DNA of 64,000 nt from Octopus vulgaris (lineage: Eukaryota): assembly GCA_951406725.2 (NCBI GenBank), contig OX597834.1, positions 33,232,001 through 33,296,000 on the forward strand, in the 5' to 3' direction. Below, piece after piece: positions 12,326-25,755 of this stretch. A model generated the notes under the pieces. The model had not been told where the DNA came from and did no database searches. It worked only from the letters and a program-made list of their open reading frames with translations. How positions within the stretch are numbered: the first letter of the stretch is position 1; the number at the start of each line of letters is the position of its first letter. The translations under genes and the position numbers were made by a program.

Positions 12326-12451
12326 ATCATCATCATCATTTAATGTCCCTGTTCCATGCTAGCATGGGTGGGATGGTACCACAAGAGCTGGGCCAGGCTC
12401 TGTGTGTGTGTGTGTGTGTGTTGTGTGCGTGTGTGCATTTATATCACACAT

Positions 12452-12486
<35 letters not shown>

Positions 12487-13411
12487 AGTATGTATGTGTG
12501 TGTATATTATATGTGTGTGTGTCGCCACAAAAGACCGAATACAAAGCAGACCAATGATGATGGTGGTGATGGTTTCTGAGAAAAAAGAAAGAATATTTGA
12601 CAATAATCCGTTTATTTTCAGAATTTGCTGATGTCACATGATAGTGACAGTGAGGATAGAGACGACGATGATGATGATGACGACAACGATAACAACAATA
12701 ACAACAGCAGAGAAGAAGAACAGCAAGAATGTTGCAAGTTTGTCAAGAACGGTTCTCACAGACGGCAGCAAGATTCTTAGAAAACAGAGGTGGGGGAGGG
12801 CAGGAATGTAAGAGGGACGTTAGTGGGGTGTGTGATCCCACCAGGGTGTCACAGACAGGCAGACAGGCAGACTAGCAGATGGAGACTGGCTGCATTCACT
12901 CTTACCGTAAATAAACAAAATTAGAAAACTTTAAAAAAAAAAGAAAAAATGTTTAAATCTCAACTTCTACCAATGTTTCTGTACCCCTAACGGCTGCTTT
13001 CTCCCACCCCAGCACAATCGCTGCCGCACCCATCACTACCCTTATCACCACTATCTATGCCACAATCATCACCAACACCACCACCACCACCACTGACAAC
13101 AACAATGCCAGAAATACTGGGAAAACAAAAAAGTTTGTGGTGGTGGTCGTGGTGAAAAAATGGTGGTAGCAACAATGGTGTTGTTGTTGGTAGTGGTGGA
13201 GGTAGCGGTGGTAGTAGTTGCAGTGATAATAGGCATATGCGTGTGCACACACACAAATGGTAGTTTGTGCATGTGTGTGTGTGATAGGTGATTACAAAGA
13301 TGATGTTAATGATGATGATGGTGGTGGTGGTGGTACTGACTGTGACAACAGTGCTAATGGTGGTGGTGGTGGTAAATGGCATTGCTTTTTATAGTAGGTA
13401 CAATGGCAGTG

Positions 13412-13447
<36 letters not shown>

Positions 13448-14457
13448 ATGGTGGTAAGTGCACACACACGCTGATGAGGATGAAGATGTTAATGGTGAAG
13501 ATGATGTTGATGTTTAATGGCACCAATGGTGATAATGATGATGATAATGATGATGATGTGATGAAGGTCTTCATACTGATGCTGCTTCAGATAATGATGA
13601 TGATGATAGGGGTGGGGGTGTACACCATTATGCTAATGGTCTTTGTGGGGGGGGGGGAAATTATGATGTTAGTGGACTTAATTCTGGTGGTGGTCATGAA
13701 GTTGATGATGATGATGATAATATTATGATGATGATGATGATAATGATGCTGCTGCTGCTGGTGGGCTTGGCGTTGATGATGATGATGATGATGCTGATGT
13801 GACAGTTCCTAATGACCCCCATAAGACAACAAGTCAATGCCCACCCAATGAACCCAGTTCCCCAGTCAACATCTAACTTTACTAATGTCATCTACAAGCA
13901 GGGAAGGGCAGTGGTGGTGTCAGTGAAGGAGAGATGATGATGAGCTTTGAACATCACAGCTCTTCTCATTGCCCTCCCTCACATAATTACTATCTCACCC
14001 CCACGTCCCACCAGTTATAGGGGGACACACACACTTATACAAGTTACTTCACCCTTTTAAGATTTCCCTTTGTTTCTTCAATTTGCCCCCCCTACCCCCC
14101 CCCCAATATAACTCAAAGTAAAGTGTTTTTCCTTTGCTTTCATTCCATTTGTTGATATAATGACCCTGAGCAGCCCTCAAACAGCTCCTCCCTATTGAGG
14201 ATCACACATTGTTGATTTTTAAAATTTTGTTAGTCTTGTTTACAAGCAAAACCCTCACAACACACACTCTTTGCTTTGTCCTGTACTGTCCATAATGTTT
14301 TTCTTAATGTAAACCCTTGTGGTTAATAAAGAAATCATTATGAATGCCCCCTCATACAACACCATTCAGGCAAATTGTTATTATTATTATTATTATTGAG
14401 TGAGAGAGCAGTGCATGCCATCAAAGTGACACTGGGGTCAAAAATGTGACCACGTGT

Positions 14458-14640
14458 GTACCGTTGGCGATTTTTTTCCCTCTGTTTTCCTTTCTCTGGA
14501 TCTTTCCTTCTATGTTTCCGACGAAGAGCTCCGCTCGAAACGTTAAACACTCCTTCTTTCCTGAGCGTCCAATAATACTATATTTGTTCCACGTCCTTGC
14601 GTTGTTGTGTTTCTTTTGTGCTTTCATGTTTGGATTAACT
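14458..14640 (+). mobile_element. Penelope-type terminal repeat / short element with a minimal hammerhead ribozyme motif (copy 1)
   Basis: TGTTT-CCGACGA-A-GAGC-TCC-GCTC-GAAACGTT-AAACA at 14513-14549. Near-identical copies at 18969-19158 and 50595-50780. Confidence 0.7.
14513..14549 (+). ncRNA. Candidate minimal type I hammerhead ribozyme (U4C variant)
   Basis: Stem I TGTTT/AAACA, core CCGACGA..GAAA, stem II GAGC/GCTC, loopless palindromic stem III ACGT, GUU cleavage triplet. Confidence 0.6.
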
Positions 14641-15163
14641 TTACAAATATATGAAGCCCATTATACTCATCATGACTACCTGGCTAATAAGGGTACACCA
14701 GGCACATGCATCACAACCAAGTGTACATGATATGGTCATCTCACATCAAGATAAACAGCACATGACCTAGTAGATGGGGCCCAGTTAGAATTTTCTTCAC
14801 GCCGAGTAGCCCATCCTACTCAAAAGATCCCTGAATAAGGATTGTTTAAGGATGTTGAACAAAACACCCATGTTTTCAGAGGTGAATTATTCAAACCTTA
14901 AAGAATCCCTCTCAACAAGTGGCTATGATGCTCCTCCACTACTTCTGCTCATGATCAGAGATGCACATATTGTCAACCACCAAGAGACATGGTCAACTGG
15001 TTACGGTCAAGCAACTGACAAGCAAATCTGTGGTATTGAGCAGAATATTTGCTGTAGCCCATCTTTTATACCAAGACAAATCAGTTAAGATCAGAAGCCA
15101 TGAGAGCCACTGAAACAAATAGAAGAATAAAACAATATGTATATATCTATACATATATATGTG

Positions 15164-15194
<31 letters not shown>

Positions 15195-15195
15195 A

Positions 15196-15593
15196 AGGAG
15201 TGGCTGTGTGGTAAGTAGCTTGTTTACCAACCACATGGTTCCGGGTTCAGTCCCACTGCGCAGCACCTTGGGCAAGTGTCTTCTACTATAGCCTCGGGCC
15301 GACCAAAGCCTTGTGAGTGGATTTGGTAGATGGAAACTGAGAGAAGCCTGTCGTATATATGTATATAAATATGTATGTGTGTGTGTGTGTTTGTGTGTCT
15401 GTGTTTGTCCCCCTAGCATTGCTTGACAACCGATGCTGGTGTGTTTACGTCCCCATCACTTAGCGGTTCGGCAAAAAGAGCCCGATAGAATAAGTACTGG
15501 GCTTATAAAGAATAAGTCCCGGGGTCAAGTTGCTCGATTAAGGGCGGTGCTCCAGCATGGCCGCAGTCAAAGGACTGAAACAAGTAAAAGAGT
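15196..15593 (+). mobile_element. SINE family A, young full-length copy
   Basis: Near-identical to 46168-46550 and to the reverse complement of 37793-38182; CpG-rich. Confidence 0.88.
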
Positions 15594-17218
15594 ATATTAT
15601 GCAGGCAATGTGAGTTATGCTGTATTATTTATTGCAAGGTGTCAACTTTATGTAATAAATGCCAGAGATTGTGTCAGGTGGTTTGGATGCACAGCTGCAA
15701 TCTGGTTGTCAACACAATTCTATCGCATCTGTGCAACTGCATGGAATGTGATGGAATTGGGTGTCAACGGCCAAACATCTTTGATGTTGATGGATGATGA
15801 TGGTGGTCAGGAGGAGGTGGTGGTGGTGGTGGTGGGAGGAGATGTGACACTTCCTAAGAGACATTACTAAATAATCAAGGCAAGAAGAACATAGCAATAT
15901 TTCATATTTATATATCTTTTAACTTTTACTTGTCTCAGCCCTTAGACTGTGGCCATGCTGGGGCATCACCTTGGGGAATTTTAGTTGAATAAATCAACCC
16001 CAGCATTTATTTATTTATTTTATTATTTTCTTTAAGCCTGGTATTTATTCTATTGGTCTCTTCTGCCAAACTGCTAGGTTATGGGGATGTAAGCACACCA
16101 ACATCGGTTGTCAAGTAGACACGAAGACACACATGCGCATGCGTGCAATGGGCTTCTTTCAGTTTCTATCTACAAAACATACTCACAAGGCTTCGGTTGA
16201 CCCAGGGCCATAGAAGAAAACACTTGCTCACAGTGGGACTGAACCCAGAACTATGTAGTTGGAAAGCAAACTTCTTACCACGCAGCCAGGCCTGCACCAA
16301 CATACAAACACACACACACACAGAGGTCTTGATGTGTGGTTAAGGTACTTGCTTCCCAACCATTAGGTCTTGGGATCAGTCCCACTGCACAGCACTCTGG
16401 CAAGTGCTTTCTACTATAGTCCCAAGCTGATGAGGCCCTGCGAATGAATTTGGTACATGAAAACTGTGTGGGAACTGCATGTGCAGCACCTGTCTGCAAA
16501 GGTCGTCATTGCTTGCTATCGACTGCAAGTGTGTGTGTGTCTGTGTGTTATGCACCAAGTGATTGTCATGTCATCTTCTACTGCATAAGGAAGCTGCAGG
16601 CAGCGTTCCATGCACACAGTCGACATTGTCTCACTCCCATCTTGAAGGTCGTCATCACTAGACAATATAGCACGTGTGTGTGTGCGTAAAATGATGGACA
16701 TGACACTTGTACTGATATCACCTGTATCAGTTTCAACAACACATGGGACATGAAACATCAGAGCCTCTAACAAAGTGCTTTGCTGTACGTCTTTCAAAGC
16801 TTTACATTGTGAGTTCAAATCCTATCCAAGCCAAGTCTGCCTTCCATCCCTTCATGATCGATGAATTAAAACACCAGTCAATAACTGGGATTGACTTGCT
16901 CCACCCAGGAATCTCACCTTAACAGGATATGGGGGGGTAAAGGTTCTCTTGGTGTTAAGGAAGTGTGGGGGGGAGGGGAAATGAGAAAGATAATTACTGT
17001 ATGTCATAACGACAAAGACAACCAGCAAAAGCAACAACAATGCTGTTGTTGTCATTGGTGGCCAATGTTCCTGTCAATGTCCTCATTATCATCACCATCA
17101 TCATCAACAATATCAACAACAGCAGCACCATTGTTGGCTCATCATCATCATCATCAGCTACTATTGATGATGACCTCCATCACCACCACCACTATCATCA
17201 TCCACTATAGCAGATGAC

Positions 17219-17250
<32 letters not shown>

Positions 17251-17735
17251 ACACCAGGATTCCTAGAAAGAAGTGAAAGAGAAAGAACAAGACAGATAGA
17301 CACACAGACAGACCAATAGACACAGAGAGAGAGATGGACAGAGTGAGATAGACAGAAAGAGAAAGAAATAGAAGAAAGGTTGTGAAGGTGGTGTCGGTGG
17401 TAGTAGAGACAGGGACCCAGTTTCAAAATATCAAACAGTTTCCCACAGGAGCATGGCAGTGCTCTCTCCCCCTCTCTCTCTCCCGATCTCTCCCCCCTCT
17501 CTCTCCTATTCTATCCCCCTCTCTCCCGTTCTATCCCCCCCTCTCTCTCTAACCTTGCATCATCAACTCTCACTCTTCTCAATCACAGTATAGTTGTATG
17601 GGGTGGGAGTGGGGGGAGATGCAACAGTAGAAGAGGAGGAGAAGATGCAATGCATGAGTAAGAGAGAGAGAGAGAGAGAAAGGGAGGTTGTGACAGGATG
17701 AGGGCGGGTGTCTAGTGAGAGAGGTGGGGAAGTTG

Positions 17736-17767
<32 letters not shown>

Positions 17768-18968
17768 TGGCCCTGTGATGGTAAGATTGGGTACCTGGAG
17801 GGGAGGGGGTGACAGGGTGAGAGGGGTGGCAGCAACAACAATAAAAAAAAAACAAACACACTAAAACCATTCTTCTGTAAACACAACAAAACATTCTAAG
17901 ATTGGAAAAAAATCTCTCAATCTGCAGAGAATCATGAAAACACAGCACAGACATTGTGGCACAAGGGATGGCAAGAACTGGGGGAGAAACAGGGGCCAAT
18001 ACGCACTGAAGAATATTAACACACACACACACACACATGAAGACACATCTGTATATATGTGTGTGTGAAAGCATGTGGCCTGGTGGTTAGGGTATTGCTG
18101 TCACAATTGCTAGACTGTGGGTTCAATTCCCAAACCGAGCAGCACATTGTGTCCTTGAGCAAGGCAATTCATTTTATGTGGCTCCAGTCCACTCAGATGT
18201 AAATAGGTCACACTGCACATTTACAGCTGATCGTATCTCCTGATCAGTTAAGGTTTCCATTCTCAAGCCATACCGCCTCATAAAGGGCCCAGTTTCCCAG
18301 TTTTCATGGTGTGTATATTCCCCACCTGGATGGGACGCCAGACCGTCGCAGGATGACTCACTTCTGCCAGATGGACTCCTTTGCCGAACTGCTAAGTTAT
18401 GGGGACATAAACACAGCAACACTGATTGTCAAGTGGTGACAGCAGGGGCAAACACAAACACACATATATATGATGGGCTTCTTTTAGTTTCTGTCTAACA
18501 AATCCACCCACAAGGCATTGGTAGGTCTGAGGCATTTGTCCAAAGTGCTATGCAGTGGGATTGAACCTGGAATCAAACTTTTTACCACATAGCCATATAT
18601 ATATATATATATATAGATCAGATAGTTATGTGTACATATATGGGGTGTTGGGATTAAGGGATACCCATATATATATATATATATATATATATATCATCAT
18701 CATTTAACATCCGTTTTCCATGCTAGCATGGGTTGGATGGCTTGAGTCTGATCTGGCAGTGTTTCTACAGCTGGATGCCCTTCCTATATATACATACATA
18801 CATATATATATATATATATGATGATGATGACCTCCATCACCATCATCATCATCTACTATAGCAGATGACAATCATCATCAACAACACCAGGATTCCTAGA
18901 AATTAAAGCCAAAAAGAAATAAAAGAGAAAGAACAAAGACAGATAGACACACAGACAGACCAATAAAC

Positions 18969-19152
18969 ACCGTTGGCGATTTTTTTTCCTGTCTTCCCTT
19001 TTCTGGATCTTTCCTTCTCCTATGTTTCCGACGAAGAGCTCCGCTCGAAACGTTAAACCCTCCTTCTTCCCTTCTTTCCTGAGCGTCCAATAATACTTTA
19101 ATTGTTCCATGTCCTCCTGTTGTTGTGTTTTTTTGTACTTTCAAGTTTGGAT

Positions 19153-19158
<6 letters not shown>
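18969..19158 (+). mobile_element. Penelope-type repeat with hammerhead motif (copy 2; ribozyme motif at 19023-19058)
   Basis: Core identical to copy 1: tgtttccgacgaagagctccgctcgaaacgttaaac. Confidence 0.7.
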
Positions 19159-19194
<36 letters not shown>

Positions 19195-19680
19195 TACACA
19201 TATATATATATATATATATATCAGCTGGAAATTTTGATTATAAGCATTCCTCGATTTGTTAGCCCGTTACCCTTGGTTGGAAGGCAACTAGGAGCTCATG
19301 TGACAGCAATGTGTTTCCAAGGGAGAAATAAACTGGAGCAGGGAAAAGGGGCAACAGGGGAATTTATAACGTAGAGAAACCAGAATAGGATCAGGTACTC
19401 AGCAGGGCTTAAGGACTACCCCAACCACCTTGCTTTTTAATGCACACTATTAAATGTGCGGCATTTGTATGTATGTGCATGTATATATGTATATACACGT
19501 GCACACACACGTTTGTGCACACATACATTGCATACAAACATATACATACACAAACACACACACATAAAAGAAAGCTGTAAACATCAAAAATAGGAAAGTA
19601 ACTGGATACAAGCATTTATATTAGTTCACACATATCACCAGGTATATATATATGCATATCTATCTATCTATTTATCTATA

Positions 19681-19716
<36 letters not shown>

Positions 19717-19852
19717 TATCTATATATGCATATCTATCTATCTATATATATATATATATATATATATGCGTATCTATATATGCATATCTATCTATCTATA
19801 TATATATATATATATATGCGTATCTATATATGCATATCTATCTATCTATTTA

Positions 19853-19910
<58 letters not shown>

Positions 19911-20314
19911 CATATATACACACACACATTGCTGGACATATTAACATATATTTCTATGCATATACATTCGTGTGTGTGTGTGTGTGTACACACACACATA
20001 TTCACAAACGCAATGCCAACGTATACAAAGGTCACTAAACTCTCAAAAGGTCAAGCGTTGTATACCATAACCAATTTTCTAAACCATCATTCCCCACACC
20101 CCTATAGTGAGACACCATCACACACACACACACACACACACACAAGCACGCATGCACACACACGCGCACACAGATGTCCCCTAAAAATACCCCATTAATC
20201 TAAAGACAACCATTTATCTAGACACAACAGTTGACAATTCTTCACTCTGTAATAATTAATTAAGTGCCAAGTGTAGAAGAGCCAACATTTTGGTCTACTG
20301 ATAAGACTCCAGTT

Positions 20315-20366
20315 GAATAATAATAATAAAAATAATAATATTAATAATAATAATAAAAATAATAAT

Positions 20367-20397
<31 letters not shown>

Positions 20398-20501
20398 ATA
20401 ATAATAATAATAATAATAATAAAAATAATAATAATAAAAATAGTAATAATAAAAATAATAATATTAATAATAATATTAATAATAATAATAAAAATAATAA
20501 T

Positions 20502-20542
<41 letters not shown>

Positions 20543-20585
20543 TAATAATAATAAAAATAATAAAAATAATAATAATAAAAATAAT
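20315..20585. repeat. (AAT)n microsatellite, about 270 bp
   Basis: Directly visible; explains the poly-N, poly-I and poly-L ORFs. Confidence 0.98.
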
Positions 20586-22352
20586 GGTTTCAAATTTTGC
20601 CACAAGGGCAGCAATTTTGGGGGAGGGGATGAGTCGATTACAATGACCCCAGTGTTCAACTGGTACTTATTTTATTGACCCCAGAAGGATGAAAGGTAAA
20701 GTCAACCTCGGCAGAATTTGACCTCAGAACATGGCGAAGGGCGAAATACTGCAAAGAATGGACAAGTTGATTACATTGGCCCCAGTGTTTCACTGGTACT
20801 TCATTTATTGACCCCAAAAGGATGAAAGACAAAGTCGACCTCAGCAATCATAATAACAATGGTTTCAAATTTTGGCACAAGGCCAGCAATTTCTGGGTTG
20901 GAACTAAATGGATTACGTCATCCTCAGTAGGATGAAAGGCAAAGTCGACCTTGGCAGAGCTTGAACATCAAGATAGATAAAATGTCACAAAGCATTTTAC
21001 CTAGCATGCTAATGCCAGTTGGCTGCCTTCCAGTGCTCTTCTAATAGTGTAGGTACAAGGCCTTTAATTTCGAGGTAGAGGGGTTTAACTTGATACCATA
21101 AATCCCAAATACTTAAATCAGTACCTTATTTTATAGATCTCAAAAGGATTTGACCTGAGGATGCAAAAAGCCTGAAGAAATACCATGAAATATTTTGTCC
21201 AATAATCTAAGAATTCTGCCAATCTATCAGAATTTTTCAGGTTAACACAAGGCCAGGAATTTAAAGATCTTCTTATATATGAATCTATGGATATGGTACA
21301 TCTAACAAAATGGTATATCTAAGGCTATGGATGAGGAATATCTCAAGATATGAATCTGATATCATCAATGTCACTTCAACGTCCACTTTTCAAAGCATAC
21401 AAGGGTCAGACAGATTTTACTGAAACCGATTTTGTTCTACAGCCAGATGCCTTTCCTGTCACCAACTCTCACCTATTTCCAAGCAATGAAATATTTCCCC
21501 ATAGCTTCTTGGAAGACATGGAAACAGACAGCCTCGCCTTGTAAGATGAAGGCACTCATTTACAACCATCATTGATATCTAGACATGGGCACACACACAC
21601 AAACACACACACACACATGTACATATGGGCTTATTTCAGTTTCCATCTACTGAATCTACTTACAAGGCTTGGGTCAGGCTGGGCTATAGTAAAAGACTCT
21701 TGCTCAAGGCAGTACACAGTGGGACTGAACCCAAGACCACATGGTTGAGAAGCAGGCTTCTTAACCTCACACCCATGCCTAGGCCTGTTGCTAAAATTCA
21801 TCTTACATCACATACATACATGTATGGGGCATATAGAGCCATAGATCAGATAGTTATGTGTACATATATGGGGTGTTGGGATTAAGGGATATCATATATA
21901 TACTGCCAGTGGTCACATAAAAGGCACCCACTACATACCCGTGGTTGGTGTTAGGAAGGGCATCCAGGGGTAGCAAGTCAAACCAGACAGGAGCCTGATG
22001 CAGCTCTTCCACTTAACAGTTCCAGTCAAACAACCTAACCCATACCAGCATGGAAAACAAATGCTAAATGAATATGATGATGTATATCATCATCATCATC
22101 GTCGTCACAGCAACAGAGAGAGAGAGAGAGATGGATGTGGGTCTTGGATTTTCTTTCCTTTACTCTTCTTTCAATGGTGTGTGTGTGTGTGTGTGTGTGC
22201 TCTGGACTTTGGTGGGGAGGCAGGGTTTTCCGGTTTGCATTTATTTCAAGGCAGAAATTTTGTGTGGATGTATGGTGGTGGTGGTGGTGGGGTGGGTGGA
22301 TTGATGGGATGCTGAGCATTCCAGTACCCCACATCTTCACGTACAACATACC

Positions 22353-22386
<34 letters not shown>

Positions 22387-22439
22387 GCAGAGCTGTACCA
22401 ACATGACCTATTAATTAAAGTAAAGGTCGTTAGCACCAA

Positions 22440-22745
22440 ATGATGACGATGGCAACAACAATGACCAGTGGTGGGGGTGGTGGTGATGGTTACAATGGTG
22501 GTGATGATGGTAGTGGTGACAGTGATGTTAGTGATGATGATGAAGATGCTGGTGGTAGTCACAATAATGGTGATGGCAATGATGATGATGGCAATAGTAG
22601 TGATGGTGATGATTATGGTGGTTGTAGCAATGACGATGATGATAATGATTGTTGTGGTGATGGTGGTAGTGGTGGTGATGATAATGATGTCAATGATGCT
22701 GACAGTAATGATGATGGTGATGATGTTGATGGAGATGGTGATGTT
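22440..22745. repeat. Degenerate (GAT/GGT)n trinucleotide tract
   Basis: Directly visible. Similar tracts at 6970-7310, 13290-13800 and 55600-55815. Confidence 0.9.
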
Positions 22746-23184
22746 GATTGCTTACGAGGGCCAGCTACTGTCTCACTGCTTCTGCTGCCCTTGTTAGCAC
22801 CATTTCCTAACGGAATCCAAACTAATTAGGGGGGGAAGCGAAAGAGAGGAAGGATGAGGAGGACAAAAAGGAAGGAACAGTGGTGGTACGTGCGGGAGGG
22901 GGGGCGAGGAGAGTGGAAACTGAGGAATGGAAGGGGGTGGACTTTTTTTTAGCAAATTACTGAGAATTCCCAAAGAGCAGAGCTTTCTCAGACTCTTTTA
23001 GCTCTATATTCATGTCATACAGCAACAGTAGCAGCAGCAGCATCGTTATAGGGCAAACAATTACAGGAGAGAGAGAGAGAGAGGTGGTGGGGGAGGTAGA
23101 GGTGTGAACAGCTGTTTGGTTATGGCAGTGGCGGCGGCATTATTGAGTTTGGGGGGAATTCTGGCCTTTTCCTGCAACGTACAT

Positions 23185-23220
<36 letters not shown>

Positions 23221-25269
23221 AACAGATGATATATTCACATTTGCACAAGCATGTGTGTGTGTATATTCACACACACACACACACACACACATTCATACAC
23301 CTATATAAACAATACAAGCATGTATGTGTATATATGTGTATATATTCTCTTTCTCTCTCTCTGTATACATACATACATACACACCTTCAGGGTAATGCTC
23401 CAGCAGGGCCTTGGCCAACCAGCTGAAATCAGTGTGTATGAGTGTGGGGGTGTTGAAAAACAAAATGACATATAACAAGAGAGGGGGGGACAACCGTGTG
23501 TACTGGATATCAAATGATCACAATGTGTAGACACTGAGATGTTATGATGTGGTTAATCCCATACTAGTGTTGAAAAGCTGATATTAAATAATCATAATCT
23601 CTCTCTCAGACACACGAGCAGACACTGAGTTCTTTTCATAACCACCATACAGCTTCAAGTTCCATCTCATTCTGTGACACCCTGATTAAGTCACTTCAAT
23701 GGCATGAAAACAGCATCCAGTACACACTGGGAAGTGGTTGGCATTAGGAAGGGCATCCAGTCGTAGAAACCATGCCAAAGCAAACACTGGCACATGATGC
23801 AGCCCTGTGCCTCAGCAGATCCTGTCAGACCAAACCATTCAATGCATACCAGCATGGAAGGTAGATGCTTGATGATGATGATGATGTAAGGCCCTGGACA
23901 GACAAATGCCTTGTGAATGGAATTAGTAGATAAAAACTGTATGGAAGCCTGTCATATGCATGTGTGTGCATGCCTACATGTATGAGTGTACATGTCCACG
24001 TGTGTGTGTGTGTGTGTGTGAGCACGCAAATGTGAACATTCTTCATCTTTGCTTGTCACCATCTGAGCAAAACAGTGTTGTGATGTCAATGGTGCCGGTC
24101 AAACATTTTGATTGGTCACATCTGCATTTTCAAAGACCAATGGGATTAAAGAAATCCCTTATTTGAAAAGCAGATGCGGGTTGGCTGCATTAAGGGCATC
24201 CAGCCAGCCTTAAAATGCTGCCTCAGAAGAAGTTTCCAGCTAACCCAATGGGGTCTCTCAACTGGGGTCCACATTCTCTTAACTGGGGCACCCATACAAG
24301 GTTTTGTTTGTTAAAAATTCTGTGCAATAAATAGTGGTATGATCAGCAAAATATTTTTAACAATTTTTTAAAAATAAAATTCCAAATAATATTTGTAAAA
24401 ATATACGATTTTCTAAGCATTGACAGATATGAGAGTCCACTTGGGTGAGACAGGAATGGTAAAGTCAACCCTGAATGGTTGAAAAGTAAAGCTGGACCTG
24501 GTGTAATTTGAACTCAGAATGTAAAGACAGACAAAATGCTGCTACAAATTTTGCCTGGTGTGCTAATGATTTTGCCAACACACTGCCTTAAATTAATAAT
24601 AATAATAATAATAATTCCCAATTTTGGCACAAGGGCAGTAAATTTGAGGGAAGGGGCAAGTCAAATTCCATCAACCCTAGCACTTGATTTTTATCATTTA
24701 TTCTCCTGACCCTGAAAAGATGGAAAGCAAAAGTTAACCCCAGTAAAATTTGAACTGAGAATGTAAAAGGGCTGCGAAAAATGCCATTCAACATTTTGTC
24801 CTAGATGCTGATGGTTCTGAGAGTATACCACCTTAATAATAATAATAATAATAATAATAACGATAACGATGATAATCCTTTCGACTATAGGCACAGGGCC
24901 TGACATTTTGGGGGAACGGACTAGTAGATTATATTGACCCCTGGGTTTTCAACTGGTGTTTATTTCAGCGACCCCCAAGAAGATGAAAGGTAATGCCGAC
25001 CTCCACGGAATTTCAGGTCAGAATGTAAAGACAGATGAAATGTCGGTAAGCATTTTTGTCCTACATGCTAACCATTCTGCCAGCTTGCCACCTTAACAAC
25101 AACAACAACATCAACAACAATAATTAGCAATTCGGAATTTAGTTGCCATCAGAGATGTTTTGTCGTAGCCACTGCAACTGATACTGTGGCTGCCACCACC
25201 ACCACCACCACAGCACATTCTGCAATGGTTGCGATGCCATAACTATAGCCATATGTTCTTTACTTCTAC

Positions 25270-25755
25270 CACCACCATCACCACAACCATCGTCATCAAG
25301 AAACACTACCATCATGGCCTAAGACTACCACCACCACCACCACCATCATCATCATCAACAACCACTACCATCATCGCCTAAGACCACCACCACCACAACC
25401 ATCATCATCATCATCATCAACAACCACTACCATCATCGCCTAAGACTACCACCACCACCACCACAACCATCATCATCATCAACAACCACTACCATCATCG
25501 CCTAAGACTACCACCATCAACACTACTATCAGCATAACCATCAACTACTACCACCACCACTACCATCATCGCCTAAGACTACCACCACAACCACCACCAC
25601 CACCACAACCATCATCATCATCAACAACCACTACCATCATTGCCTAAGACTACCATCATCACCTAAGACTACCACCATCAACACTACTATCAGCATAACC
25701 ATCAACTACTACCACGACCACCACCACTACCATCATCACCTAAGACTACCACCAC
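25270..25755. repeat. Minisatellite of (ACC/ATC)n units anchored by CCTAAGAC (8 anchors)
   Basis: cctaagac at about 25318, 25377, 25439, 25501, 25572, 25643, 25662 and 25739. Confidence 0.85.

Larger units (their letters stand above)
14385..15112 (-). mobile_element. Unclassified ~550-bp interspersed repeat ending in (TAA)n, interrupted by a Penelope-type insertion at 14458-14640
   Basis: 14920-15112 is the reverse complement of 59730-59965. Both copies adjoin (AAT)n tracts, as seen for microsatellite-targeting non-LTR elements. Confidence 0.6.

Noticed and set aside
15196-15270. tRNA-like heads with A and B boxes in SINE families A, B and C
   Set aside because: SINE promoter regions that continue into core and tail sequences; no complete cloverleaf, so not called as tRNA genes.
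16428-16445. CTGATGAGGCC...CGAA hammerhead-like core
   Set aside because: A mutated SINE-A segment (ccgaccaaagccttgtgagt); no stems and no GAAA.
20195-20678. Poly-N, poly-I and poly-L ORFs; poly-D/G/H ORFs at 6847-7462, 13288-13728 and 22440-22829
   Set aside because: Trinucleotide microsatellites with no recognisable domain or splice context.
25270-25755. CRISPR-like repeat-spacer appearance
   Set aside because: Eukaryotic DNA, only an 8-bp anchor, irregular spacing, simple-repeat linkers and no cas genes.
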